DNA of 56,751 nt from a virus (taxonomy: Duplodnaviria; Caudoviricetes): positions 1 to 56,751 of IMG/VR virus record IMGVR_UViG_3300028384_000458. One strand, written 5' to 3'. Shown in pieces: positions 47,153 through 55,515 of this stretch. Positions within the stretch are counted from its first letter, which is position 1. Each line of letters begins with the position of its first letter. The translations under genes and the position numbers were made by a program. The notes below the pieces were generated by a model that saw nothing but the letters and a program-made list of their open reading frames with translations, made no database searches and was not told the DNA's origin.

Positions 47153-48314
47153 TTAATTTATTGATTACGTCTGCAGGCTCTGCTTTATTAAAAATATTTT
47201 TGTATGTTTTATAATTATGTTCTAGTATAGGCATCATGTCGTTATACATACGTTTCATTTCTTGAATGTTTAGACTGTTTAGTTTTTTAATCTCTTTTAA
47301 TGCTTTATTAAGCCGCTTATCGTCGTTTTCTTCTAAATCGTATGATTCATCAATGAATGCACTGAATGTTATAAACCCTTCTTTTTTAAGAAGTTCAAGT
47401 GTACCAGGTAGACCAATTACTACAAAGGGATGATAGTAGGCAAAACACTTTACTACCTTTTCAGTAAACTGTCTAATATTTTTCTTAGAGCTAAAATCGC
47501 CTTCAGTAATAATACTCCAATAGCTTTCGTCAAAATAACTTTCTAGACTAGGCATATTAGTAGCAAATGCCTTTCTCTGACTTTCTATCATATCTAAGTC
47601 TATAGGTAATGCTGTTTTTAACCTTTCAATAGAATCTTTAGTAAGAACAACTTTTGACAGATCCGGATCTTGATACCTTTCTACTTCTACATTTTGTGAT
47701 TTAAAACTTTTCCCAGACTCTAGCAACGGCGCATAATCTCCAAGTGTACAGCTAAGATATGTGTGTTTAGCAATATCTTCTTTTAACAAGAAATCTACAG
47801 TGCGTAATCTATGCACACGTTCTTGTCTATTAACACATAAAAACTTTTTTTCTCGTAAACTTTCATTTGGAGTATAGTCTAGCAAGTCAGGATAAATTTC
47901 ATCGTAGTCTGGCAAATGCAAATGTATATTAAAGTACTTAAACTTTCCTTCGGGAATACTTTCTTCTAGCATAGCATTACTACTTAGAATACAATAATCA
48001 GTAACACGTTTTTCATTGTTTAATAAATTTGTAAACATATCAATAAATTCTTGATCTAATAGACCTTCGTAGCAATCATCGATTGTGATGAAAAATTCGT
48101 TTGCCTTTGCACTAGAAAGAACTTGTGCTAATAAATTTAAAGTTGTTTGATTGTTGCCTACGTATTCAAAGAATACAAAAACCTTATCATATTCTTTATT
48201 AGCGTCATTTGACTGTAATGTGTAAGTTGGTAAAATGTCATTAAAGTCATTTTTAATAATATTACCGTACAGCCTTGATCCACTGTATACAATTAGTGTA
48301 GGTATTTTCTTCAT
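47133..48314 (-). CDS. Putative glycosyltransferase-like phage protein
   Basis: FLCVNR..R.HR, SIITE, FTEK, HPF..IG and GF.TF..FIDESYD; the TEK motif recalls GT10-like domains. Confidence 0.4.
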   Translation of the reverse strand: MKKIPTLIVYSGSRLYGNIIKNDFNDILPTYTLQSNDANKEYDKVFVFFEYVGNNQTTLNLLAQVLSSAKANEFFITIDDCYEGLLDQEFIDMFTNLLNNEKRVTDYCILSSNAMLEESIPEGKFKYFNIHLHLPDYDEIYPDLLDYTPNESLREKKFLCVNRQERVHRLRTVDFLLKEDIAKHTYLSCTLGDYAPLLESGKSFKSQNVEVERYQDPDLSKVVLTKDSIERLKTALPIDLDMIESQRKAFATNMPSLESYFDESYWSIITEGDFSSKKNIRQFTEKVVKCFAYYHPFVVIGLPGTLELLKKEGFITFSAFIDESYDLEENDDKRLNKALKEIKKLNSLNIQEMKRMYNDMMPILEHNYKTYKNIFNKAEPADVINKLISWANK

Positions 48315-49186
48315 TATAATTTTTCTAACTTATGTTTAATTATTGCTTCTGGTTGCTCTTTTAATTGCGGATTAGCAGGACACATTGCACAAATACTATG
48401 GGGATGTTGAATATTATCTATAAATGTATTCAAATCATCTTCTGTACAATCTAATTCTAACCCTTTATACTTTAAATAAGGCGCCCAGTCTGTATCATTT
48501 AATTGATTACTCTTAGTTAAGTGTGTTTCAACCATACTAATAGGCGGACACTTGTATAATCTGTTCTTGTAGATAATAGGATAGATATTTGCACTGCATT
48601 TAGAATAACTAGCAGCAGGATCTTGATCGTTCCAAGGTTTTAAAACACCATTAATTTCCTGTCTGTAATCATACCAGCCACCTTTTGTAGGATCTGTTAT
48701 TTCTAGCTCAATGTCTCCGCTTTTAATTACTCCCGGAGCAGTTTGATACCAGTGATCTTGACGTTTAATATATTTTTCTATATTTCTATCTATTGCTTCT
48801 CTAACTATAGTATTACGATTATGTATAGTAACACTAATTTTTGCATTACCTACTTCACGTAATACTTTCATTAATTTAGAACGTTTAGGAAATAATAAAC
48901 CATTAGTGTATATTTCAATAGTAGCATGATCAAAATATTTTCTAGCAGACCTTATTATGTCATAGATGTAAGGATGTAATAGTGTTTCGCCGCCAATTAA
49001 TGTAAGATTGTCAGGGTCAAGATGCTTACTCCATGCTTCCATATTACGATCTATGTCTTCATAACTTTCAGTCCAGTTATGATTGTAATCAATAAAACGA
49101 TCACAACCAGGACACGCTAAATCGCATGACGTTGTAATCATCCATTCAAGATATGGTAACCAATGTCCTCTATCACCATCACGCAT
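48314..49186 (-). CDS. Radical SAM protein with C-terminal Cys (SPASM/twitch-like) domain
   Basis: CDLACPGC, GGE.LLHP, YTNG, LYKCP and CAMCP. Confidence 0.85.
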   Translation of the reverse strand: MRDGDRGHWLPYLEWMITTSCDLACPGCDRFIDYNHNWTESYEDIDRNMEAWSKHLDPDNLTLIGGETLLHPYIYDIIRSARKYFDHATIEIYTNGLLFPKRSKLMKVLREVGNAKISVTIHNRNTIVREAIDRNIEKYIKRQDHWYQTAPGVIKSGDIELEITDPTKGGWYDYRQEINGVLKPWNDQDPAASYSKCSANIYPIIYKNRLYKCPPISMVETHLTKSNQLNDTDWAPYLKYKGLELDCTEDDLNTFIDNIQHPHSICAMCPANPQLKEQPEAIIKHKLEKL

Positions 49187-50974
49187 TTAGTTTTTTACTG
49201 TAACCAGTTTTCCGTGTTCAGGCAAATACAAGTATTCTATGTCACTATCGTATAATGTTCTTAGTGCATCATCTAGTGTTTCTACTAATGGTTCGCCACC
49301 TAAGTTAAAACTGGTATTAAAGATAATCGGAACACCTGTTTGCTCATAAAATTCTTTGATTACAGCATAATAGTTTTCGTTTTGATGTTCTTTAACTGTT
49401 TGAATACGACATGTACCGTCTACATGAATAATACTAGGAATCTTTTCAGCAACACCTTCTCGACAATCCATTGCATACATCATATGAGGACTTTCTTCAA
49501 GTGTTTTCATATCGAACCAGTCGTTCGCATGTTCGTGTAGAATACTACCTGCAAATGGACGGAAATACTCGCGGCGCTTAATACGGTTAACCCAATCTTT
49601 ACCATCTTCAAAAGTTGGATCAAACATTAACGAACGATTACCTAGCGCACGAGGTCCTGCTTCCGATTGTCCTTGAAACATTGCTACAATGTTTTTCTTA
49701 CGCATTAGCTCTACTACATCTTTAGCTGTAGCATCACTAAGTTCACCTTCATACTTTTCTACAACTGCTTCAACATCGCCTTCAGTATATGAGACAGGCA
49801 ATCCCATGTATAAACTTTCACCGAACGTTCTAGTATCAGTATCTCTTGTTACATTATAGTGCATCATCATAGCTGCGCCCATTGCAGTACCTGCATCTGA
49901 ACTTACAGGTTCAACATATAAATTAATGCCATGTTCTTTTAGTGTGTCAAGATACCAATAGTTAGCAACACAATTTAATCCATATCCACCGCTTAATACT
50001 ACGTTTTTATTTCCTGTACGCTCCACTGCATCTAAGATTAAATTAAGCACTTCTTGCTGACTTTCTTGCTGCACAGCATATGCCATATCGCGTCTGCTAT
50101 CTAATGTAGTTAGATCTTTGTCAAATTGATCTTCTGTGGTATTAAGTGCAGCAAATCGTGTTTCTGCTACAAGAGCGCCATTTGGAAACGTAGGAATAAT
50201 TAAGTTACGATTGGAAGTCTTCCAAGTATTTCCGCCAGCATCGTCGTAAATATTAGGAATGCCATCGTTAGGTTTACCGTAAGGAGCAAGACCCATAGTC
50301 TTTCCTGCTTCGATTGGTGCCCAGCCGCAGTATTGCGTTACTGCTTCGTATGCCTTGACAATACCGCCTGTATCGTCAATAACTAACTCATGTGTTCCTT
50401 CTTCGCCTTCTCTATCGCTAGGTACAACCATTTTTGCACCTAAGTGAGGACCTCTACTTCCTTGATGTTTATAAATTGTTTTAAATTCTGCAGGATACTC
50501 ACAAGTAAAGAAACTTTCTAATTCCCATGTCATTACTTGCTCTTCTCCCATATTCATAGGAATAAACGATCCTGCACCGTCAACAATTACTGCTACTGCA
50601 TCTTCAAATCCTGATCGATAGAAAGCACATGCAGCGTGTAACTTGTGATGCACATAACTTAAATCAATTACTTGTGGATGCTCACGTCCTTTGTTGCGTT
50701 CAATCAGTCCTAGCTTACGAGCTAGTCCAGTATACATATCGTCGCCACTAAAGTCAATCTTACCTGCTTCATCTAATGGCTGTGTATGTGCAATAACTAG
50801 ATAATCTAACTTATCGGTATAATCAAGAATCTTAATCATTGCAGCTAACGGGCCGCCGTCATATTTTTGTCTACTAAGACGCTCTTCTTCAATAGAAAAT
50901 ACAACTTCTCCGTCTTTAAGTAAGCAGACGCCTCCATTGTGTCCTCTAGTAACACCTGCAATCCATAAACTCAT
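49187..50974 (-). CDS. O-carbamoyltransferase (NodU/CmcH/TobZ family)
   Basis: EEERLSRQK, HHKLHA, DGAG, GKTMGLAPYG, GGYGLNCVAN, EAGPRALGNRS, FRPFA, HVDGTCRIQTV and NTSFN. Confidence 0.92.
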   Translation of the reverse strand: MSLWIAGVTRGHNGGVCLLKDGEVVFSIEEERLSRQKYDGGPLAAMIKILDYTDKLDYLVIAHTQPLDEAGKIDFSGDDMYTGLARKLGLIERNKGREHPQVIDLSYVHHKLHAACAFYRSGFEDAVAVIVDGAGSFIPMNMGEEQVMTWELESFFTCEYPAEFKTIYKHQGSRGPHLGAKMVVPSDREGEEGTHELVIDDTGGIVKAYEAVTQYCGWAPIEAGKTMGLAPYGKPNDGIPNIYDDAGGNTWKTSNRNLIIPTFPNGALVAETRFAALNTTEDQFDKDLTTLDSRRDMAYAVQQESQQEVLNLILDAVERTGNKNVVLSGGYGLNCVANYWYLDTLKEHGINLYVEPVSSDAGTAMGAAMMMHYNVTRDTDTRTFGESLYMGLPVSYTEGDVEAVVEKYEGELSDATAKDVVELMRKKNIVAMFQGQSEAGPRALGNRSLMFDPTFEDGKDWVNRIKRREYFRPFAGSILHEHANDWFDMKTLEESPHMMYAMDCREGVAEKIPSIIHVDGTCRIQTVKEHQNENYYAVIKEFYEQTGVPIIFNTSFNLGGEPLVETLDDALRTLYDSDIEYLYLPEHGKLVTVKN

Positions 50975-50975
50975 A

Positions 50976-52055
50976 TTATTCTCCTGTGCGTCCTAAAATC
51001 TGTGTTGGCTGTGTTTGTTGTGGAACAAACGTTGCTTGCGGAACTTGCTGCGGTTGATGTGAGCAAGTGTTTTGTTCTTGTTGCTGCGGGACAAACGTTC
51101 CGGTAAATTTAGTACTCTTTCCTAAGCGTTTTTTAGCACTTTCAATTACTGCTTTAACTTGCTTTTCGTCCATTTCCATACATTCGTCGTTAAATCTATC
51201 TTGTTCTTCTTCACCAGTTAATCTAATAGGAGAATACTTACGACGGTCTTTTCCTACATCTACAATATCAAAACTCTTATCATCTGGATAAGATATATTA
51301 ATTGGGAACGTGCTTCCTATTACTGCTGTTACGCTAGTACCAACAGCCTTTGCAATATGTTGGCCTACACTATCACAACCAATAAAATGATCTGCAATAT
51401 GTATAATACCTGCCCATAATCGAAGCTCGGGTATTTGTGGCATAGCAACTGGCGGATTGCTAGGTTTTCCTGAATCATCTAACGCAATTGGAAATTCACT
51501 CATTAATACTACAGCATAATCTTTTTTAAGCTCATTAATAATTTCAATAGTATTGTTTAGTGTAAGACTACGAGATGTTCCGTCAATTACAAAGTCTGGA
51601 CGGTTTTCTGCGGTTCTACCAAACGGTTGTATAACTACAACCTTATCATGCTTTGTTGCTGCTTTAATTTCTTGAATAACATTGTGTGCTTCAACAATTT
51701 CATGTTTGTTAAAATGCACACTAGGATCTCCTACATCTCGAAGACCTTTGTTATTGATAGCAATATCAAATGCTTGCGCTAAACTACACTTTTGATTGTA
51801 GTATTCCCACACTCTGTATGGTTCTGGACTTACGCAATTTCGATCTTTAATTTTTTCTTCAAAGAGCCCTTTATGCCATACATCAAATGCTTTATTGTGC
51901 AACAAAGGATGACCTTTATAAAGGTCCATACCTCCTTCGCACACTATGATAAAGTTGTCATTTGGATTTTCTTCTGCAAACTTTTCAAATGCAGGGATTG
52001 AACACAATACTCTACCTGCTCCGCCATTAATAAAAAATGCTGTTGATCTTGTCAA
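50976..52055 (-). CDS. GT9 (heptosyltransferase-like) glycosyltransferase
   Basis: GGAGRVLC, VIQPFG and FIGCDSVGQHIAKAVG; TTG start after AGGAG. Confidence 0.65.
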   Translation of the reverse strand: MTRSTAFFINGGAGRVLCSIPAFEKFAEENPNDNFIIVCEGGMDLYKGHPLLHNKAFDVWHKGLFEEKIKDRNCVSPEPYRVWEYYNQKCSLAQAFDIAINNKGLRDVGDPSVHFNKHEIVEAHNVIQEIKAATKHDKVVVIQPFGRTAENRPDFVIDGTSRSLTLNNTIEIINELKKDYAVVLMSEFPIALDDSGKPSNPPVAMPQIPELRLWAGIIHIADHFIGCDSVGQHIAKAVGTSVTAVIGSTFPINISYPDDKSFDIVDVGKDRRKYSPIRLTGEEEQDRFNDECMEMDEKQVKAVIESAKKRLGKSTKFTGTFVPQQQEQNTCSHQPQQVPQATFVPQQTQPTQILGRTGE

Positions 52056-52078
52056 ACTTCTACTCCTATATACAGTGT

Positions 52079-52117
52079 ATTATAACACCATATTATTCCA
52101 ATTGCAAGATATTTATA
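52079..52117 (-). promoter_or_regulatory. Tandem late (TATAAATA) and sigma70-type (TTGCAA-N17-TATAAT) promoters
   Basis: Minus strand TATAAATA (52117-52110), TTGCAA (52107-52102) and TATAAT (52084-52079). Confidence 0.65.
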
Positions 52118-52138
52118 GGTAGTAGATTTTTTAGAGAG

Positions 52139-52166
52139 AAAAAAAGAGCGACAGTTGCCGCTCTTT
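52139..52166 (-). terminator. Intrinsic terminator after the tail fibre operon
   Basis: AAAGAGCG-loop-CGCTCTTT followed by a T tract on the minus strand. Confidence 0.7.
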
Positions 52167-52171
52167 AATTA

Positions 52172-52924
52172 TTAATCGTTTGCTACAGCAGGAGCATCGT
52201 CATCGTCGTCGAATATAGTAATATCTGCAAGTAGGTCTGTTGGGCTTACAGCAGTAGCTTGATCAGGTTCTTCTGGCAGGCACATTCCTGCAAAGAATGG
52301 CGGAATATGTGCTAGTGCTGTAGGAGCTTCGCGTAGAAGTCGTCTGTATTCTTCCCATTCGTCTTTAAGTTCTTGCGGCATACCTTCATCTGTAACACCG
52401 TCTGCCGCTTGTAACAGCTGATCACGTAATGCTCTAAAGTGTGTCCATGTAACATCGTTAACACGGATTTTGTCCATGCTTTCCCATGTACGAACCGGAA
52501 GAATAAACTCTTCGGTGTCAAAATCAAACTTTACATTAAATTCATCGTAGATGTCTCTTGGATGAAATTCTGCTGGGTGTTCTACTTGTCCGTATCCTTC
52601 ACCGCCGTCGTACTTAACTACCCATTCACGTGCTGCATAAAAGTCTCTATCTTCGTCTTTACCTTGGTCGTTAACAATTTCACACACTAGTGGATTTGTT
52701 TTACAATCAATTGTCATTCGCATACAATCTTCTGCAACTGGGCGTTCATGTTCTTCTGGTGTATATAAGCACCATCCTAGTTCTTGACCTGTTTCTTTAT
52801 TAATTTCAATAGTAAGGTACTCAGGACCTTCATATACATAAGTTCCTGTATTACCATCTGAGAAATCATCTGTATACCATTCATTTGGTATCTTATATGT
52901 AAATTCTTTCCTAATATTAGGCAT
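52172..52924 (-). CDS. Tail fibre assembly chaperone-like protein
   Basis: W..FRALRDQLL...D and WEEYRRLLREAP C-terminal motif. Confidence 0.65.
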   Translation of the reverse strand: MPNIRKEFTYKIPNEWYTDDFSDGNTGTYVYEGPEYLTIEINKETGQELGWCLYTPEEHERPVAEDCMRMTIDCKTNPLVCEIVNDQGKDEDRDFYAAREWVVKYDGGEGYGQVEHPAEFHPRDIYDEFNVKFDFDTEEFILPVRTWESMDKIRVNDVTWTHFRALRDQLLQAADGVTDEGMPQELKDEWEEYRRLLREAPTALAHIPPFFAGMCLPEEPDQATAVSPTDLLADITIFDDDDDAPAVAND

Positions 52925-52945
52925 TATTGTCTCTCCTGTATATAT

Positions 52946-53791
52946 TTATCCAAAGGTAATTTTTACCATTCCAGAACCGCCTTGTCCTACGCCTCCGGCA
53001 CAGCACATTTGAGCGTCAGTACCGTAACATGCACTAATGCCTGCTGTGCCTCCGCCTGCTGGCCAGTTTACGTAGCAACCACAAATACATGTAGCATCGT
53101 ATGTACCAGCAGCAAACATTTTTCCAATAAACGGTGCTTGTCCTGTAAATGCTGACTTGTGAATGCAGTGATGATAACCACGACCAAAGTATCCACCGGA
53201 AGATCCCATCATACCAAAGTCTGCACCGTAAATTCCACATATGCCACAGTTAGCACATTGCGCACTCCATAGTGTATTACCCCATGCATCACCGTTACAC
53301 ATATGTCCGCCGCAACCGCCGTTAACACAGAAGTTAGATAAATTATGACCAGTTACATATGATTTACATCCCATACCTGCTGTACAAGTATGTGCTTTGT
53401 TACAACGCCACGCACCGCCTGCACATACACGGTATTGACAGCCAGGACTAGTTGTAATTGTCTTAACAGCATAGTTTCCGCCCATGCCGCCGTTGGCGTG
53501 TGAACAACAACCACAACAAGTGTTTCCTGGGCCGCCGCCTCCGCCTGACCAAATTTCAAAGGTTACTCTAGTAGCATTTGTAGGAACTGTCCACAAGCAA
53601 CACTTGCCGTTTGCTTGTTCACAACATCCACCGGCGTTGGAACACATATGGCATTTCATTCCTCTTTCGTTAAAAATCCATTTAACACCGTAACACTTAC
53701 CTGCGCCTAATGCTAGTTCTGCATCGTCAAAAAAGTTATTTGGTATTTGATCTGATCTAAGTTTTTTATAACTATCGTAATTAGCTGCCAT
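52946..53791 (-). CDS. Cys/Gly-rich tail-associated protein, paralogue 3
   Basis: WTVP..FEIWSGGGGG...GGSGMVKITF glycine-rich domain; 29 Cys in 281 aa. Confidence 0.65.
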   Translation of the reverse strand: MAANYDSYKKLRSDQIPNNFFDDAELALGAGKCYGVKWIFNERGMKCHMCSNAGGCCEQANGKCCLWTVPTNATRVTFEIWSGGGGGPGNTCCGCCSHANGGMGGNYAVKTITTSPGCQYRVCAGGAWRCNKAHTCTAGMGCKSYVTGHNLSNFCVNGGCGGHMCNGDAWGNTLWSAQCANCGICGIYGADFGMMGSSGGYFGRGYHHCIHKSAFTGQAPFIGKMFAAGTYDATCICGCYVNWPAGGGTAGISACYGTDAQMCCAGGVGQGGSGMVKITFG

Positions 53792-53804
53792 TTAATCTTT
53801 CCTA

Positions 53805-54644
53805 TTATGCAAATGTTACTTTTACTATTCCTGAGCCGCCGCCAGTGCCGCCTGCACAGCATTTGTGAGCGTTACCACAATAAGTACTCATACCAGAGTT
53901 TCCTCCGCCTGATGGCCAGTTTGTATAACATGCACACGAACACCAGTTTTCTGTAAGATGCATACTATGGAACTTAGCAATAAACGGAGCTGCGCCTGCT
54001 TGGGAATAGTCCGATCCTTGACACTTACAGCCTGAGTGAGCCAACTTATATCCAGTTGATCCAGTTGCACCAAAGTCTGCTCCATAGATTCCGCATATGT
54101 TACAATTAGCACATGTTTGCATACCAGTAGGACCGTTGTCGTCACCATTACACATGTATCCACCGCAACCACCAACAGTACAGAAGTTAGATAAATTATA
54201 TCCTGTAATATACGACTTACAGCCCATGCCGCCTGTACACGTATGTGATTTAGTACAGCGCCAAGCGCCGCCTGCACAGATTGTATAAGTACACCCAGGT
54301 CTAGTTGTAATTGTTTTAGTGGCGTAGTTTCCTCCTGCGCCGCCAAACGAATAAGAACAACAGTTTGAACATGTCATTCCGGCGCCGCCGCCACCACCAC
54401 TCCATATTTCAAATTGTACTTGCGTTACATAACTAGGTACTGTCCAGTTACAACATCTACCGCAATAGACACAGCAACAACCACCAGCATATGAACACTC
54501 TTGACATTTAAGTCCTCTTTCTTGGAATACATAAAAAGAACAATACTTGTTACCAACGCCGTGCTGTAACTGATTTCCGTTAATACTATTATCAGTGAGT
54601 TGGTTACTTGTTATCTTTTTGTACGCTCCGTAATTTGCCGCCAT
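53805..54644 (-). CDS. Cys/Gly-rich tail-associated protein, paralogue 2
   Basis: Same architecture (WTVP, FEIWSGGGGG, NLSNFC, CANCNIC, GGSGIVKVTF). Confidence 0.65.
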   Translation of the reverse strand: MAANYGAYKKITSNQLTDNSINGNQLQHGVGNKYCSFYVFQERGLKCQECSYAGGCCCVYCGRCCNWTVPSYVTQVQFEIWSGGGGGAGMTCSNCCSYSFGGAGGNYATKTITTRPGCTYTICAGGAWRCTKSHTCTGGMGCKSYITGYNLSNFCTVGGCGGYMCNGDDNGPTGMQTCANCNICGIYGADFGATGSTGYKLAHSGCKCQGSDYSQAGAAPFIAKFHSMHLTENWCSCACYTNWPSGGGNSGMSTYCGNAHKCCAGGTGGGSGIVKVTFA

Positions 54645-54657
54645 CTAAATAATTCCT

Positions 54658-55497
54658 CTATGCATACGTAATTCTTACAACGCCTGATCCGCCTTGGCCG
54701 CCGCCTTTTGCACAGCACATTGCCGGGTCGCCACAGTAGTTAGAATCACCTGAGCTTGCTCCGCCAGCTGGCCAGTTTACGTAACAACCACAAACACACC
54801 AAAATTCAGAACCTGATGCTACGTGTGTTTTACCAATCAACGGTGCTTGTCCTGTAAAGTTATTACGTCCGTGACAACGACAAGTTGATGTACCTGTTAA
54901 GTTACCAACTGTACCCATCATACCAAAATCTGCACCGTAAACACCACAAATGTTACAGTTTGCACAAATCATCTGGTTACGCTGTCCCCATTCGTCGCCT
55001 TCGACACAAGCTAATGCGCCACAGCCGCCTACAACACAGAAGTTTGATAAGTTACAGCCAGTTACATATGACTTACAGCCCATACTTGCTGAACAAGTAT
55101 GCGATCCCGAGCATCTCCAGGATCCGCCAGCACATACTGTATATGTCCATCCTGGACAAGTCTCGATTGTTTGTATAGCGTATCCGCCACCGGCGCCTCC
55201 CATAGCACGATAGTAACAGTCACAACAGGTGTTACCTGCACCGCCGCCACCACCGCTCCATATTTCAAAAGTTACTGTTGAAACTCTACTAGGAACAGTC
55301 CATTGACAGCATCTGCCACATGCTTGACATACACATCCGCCTGCATTAGCACAGTGATGACATGCCATAGCTCTTGCACTTGCTATCCACTGGACACCTC
55401 GGTTCATTACTGCGCCGTCTTGTAATTTAGCGTCTGTTACAACTCCGTTGGGTACTTGATCTTTTATTAGTTTTTTGTAACTTGAGTATGTTGCCAT
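54658..55497 (-). CDS. Cys/Gly-rich tail-associated protein, paralogue 1
   Basis: Same architecture (WTVP, FEIWSGGGGG, NLSNFC, CANCNIC, GGSGVVRITY). Confidence 0.65.
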   Translation of the reverse strand: MATYSSYKKLIKDQVPNGVVTDAKLQDGAVMNRGVQWIASARAMACHHCANAGGCVCQACGRCCQWTVPSRVSTVTFEIWSGGGGGAGNTCCDCYYRAMGGAGGGYAIQTIETCPGWTYTVCAGGSWRCSGSHTCSASMGCKSYVTGCNLSNFCVVGGCGALACVEGDEWGQRNQMICANCNICGVYGADFGMMGTVGNLTGTSTCRCHGRNNFTGQAPLIGKTHVASGSEFWCVCGCYVNWPAGGASSGDSNYCGDPAMCCAKGGGQGGSGVVRITYA

Positions 55498-55515
55498 CTA
55501 TTTCAATATCCTCTA

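Noticed and set aside
50976-51110. Gln/Pro-rich tail with repeated TFVPQQ in the GT9 protein
   Set aside because: Looks like a low-complexity disordered tail; the nucleotide copies are diverged and no function can be supported.
52946-55497. Diversity-generating retroelement or invertible cassette among the three paralogues
   Set aside because: Only short identical patches are shared. No adenine-specific template/variable repeat pair, reverse transcriptase, invertase or flanking inverted repeats were seen in the window.
52946-55497. Multiheme cytochrome c or RiPP precursor interpretation of the Cys-rich proteins
   Set aside because: There are no repeated CxxCH motifs and no signal peptides. 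The proteins are ~280 aa with a tail-type glycine-rich domain, not short leader-core peptides.
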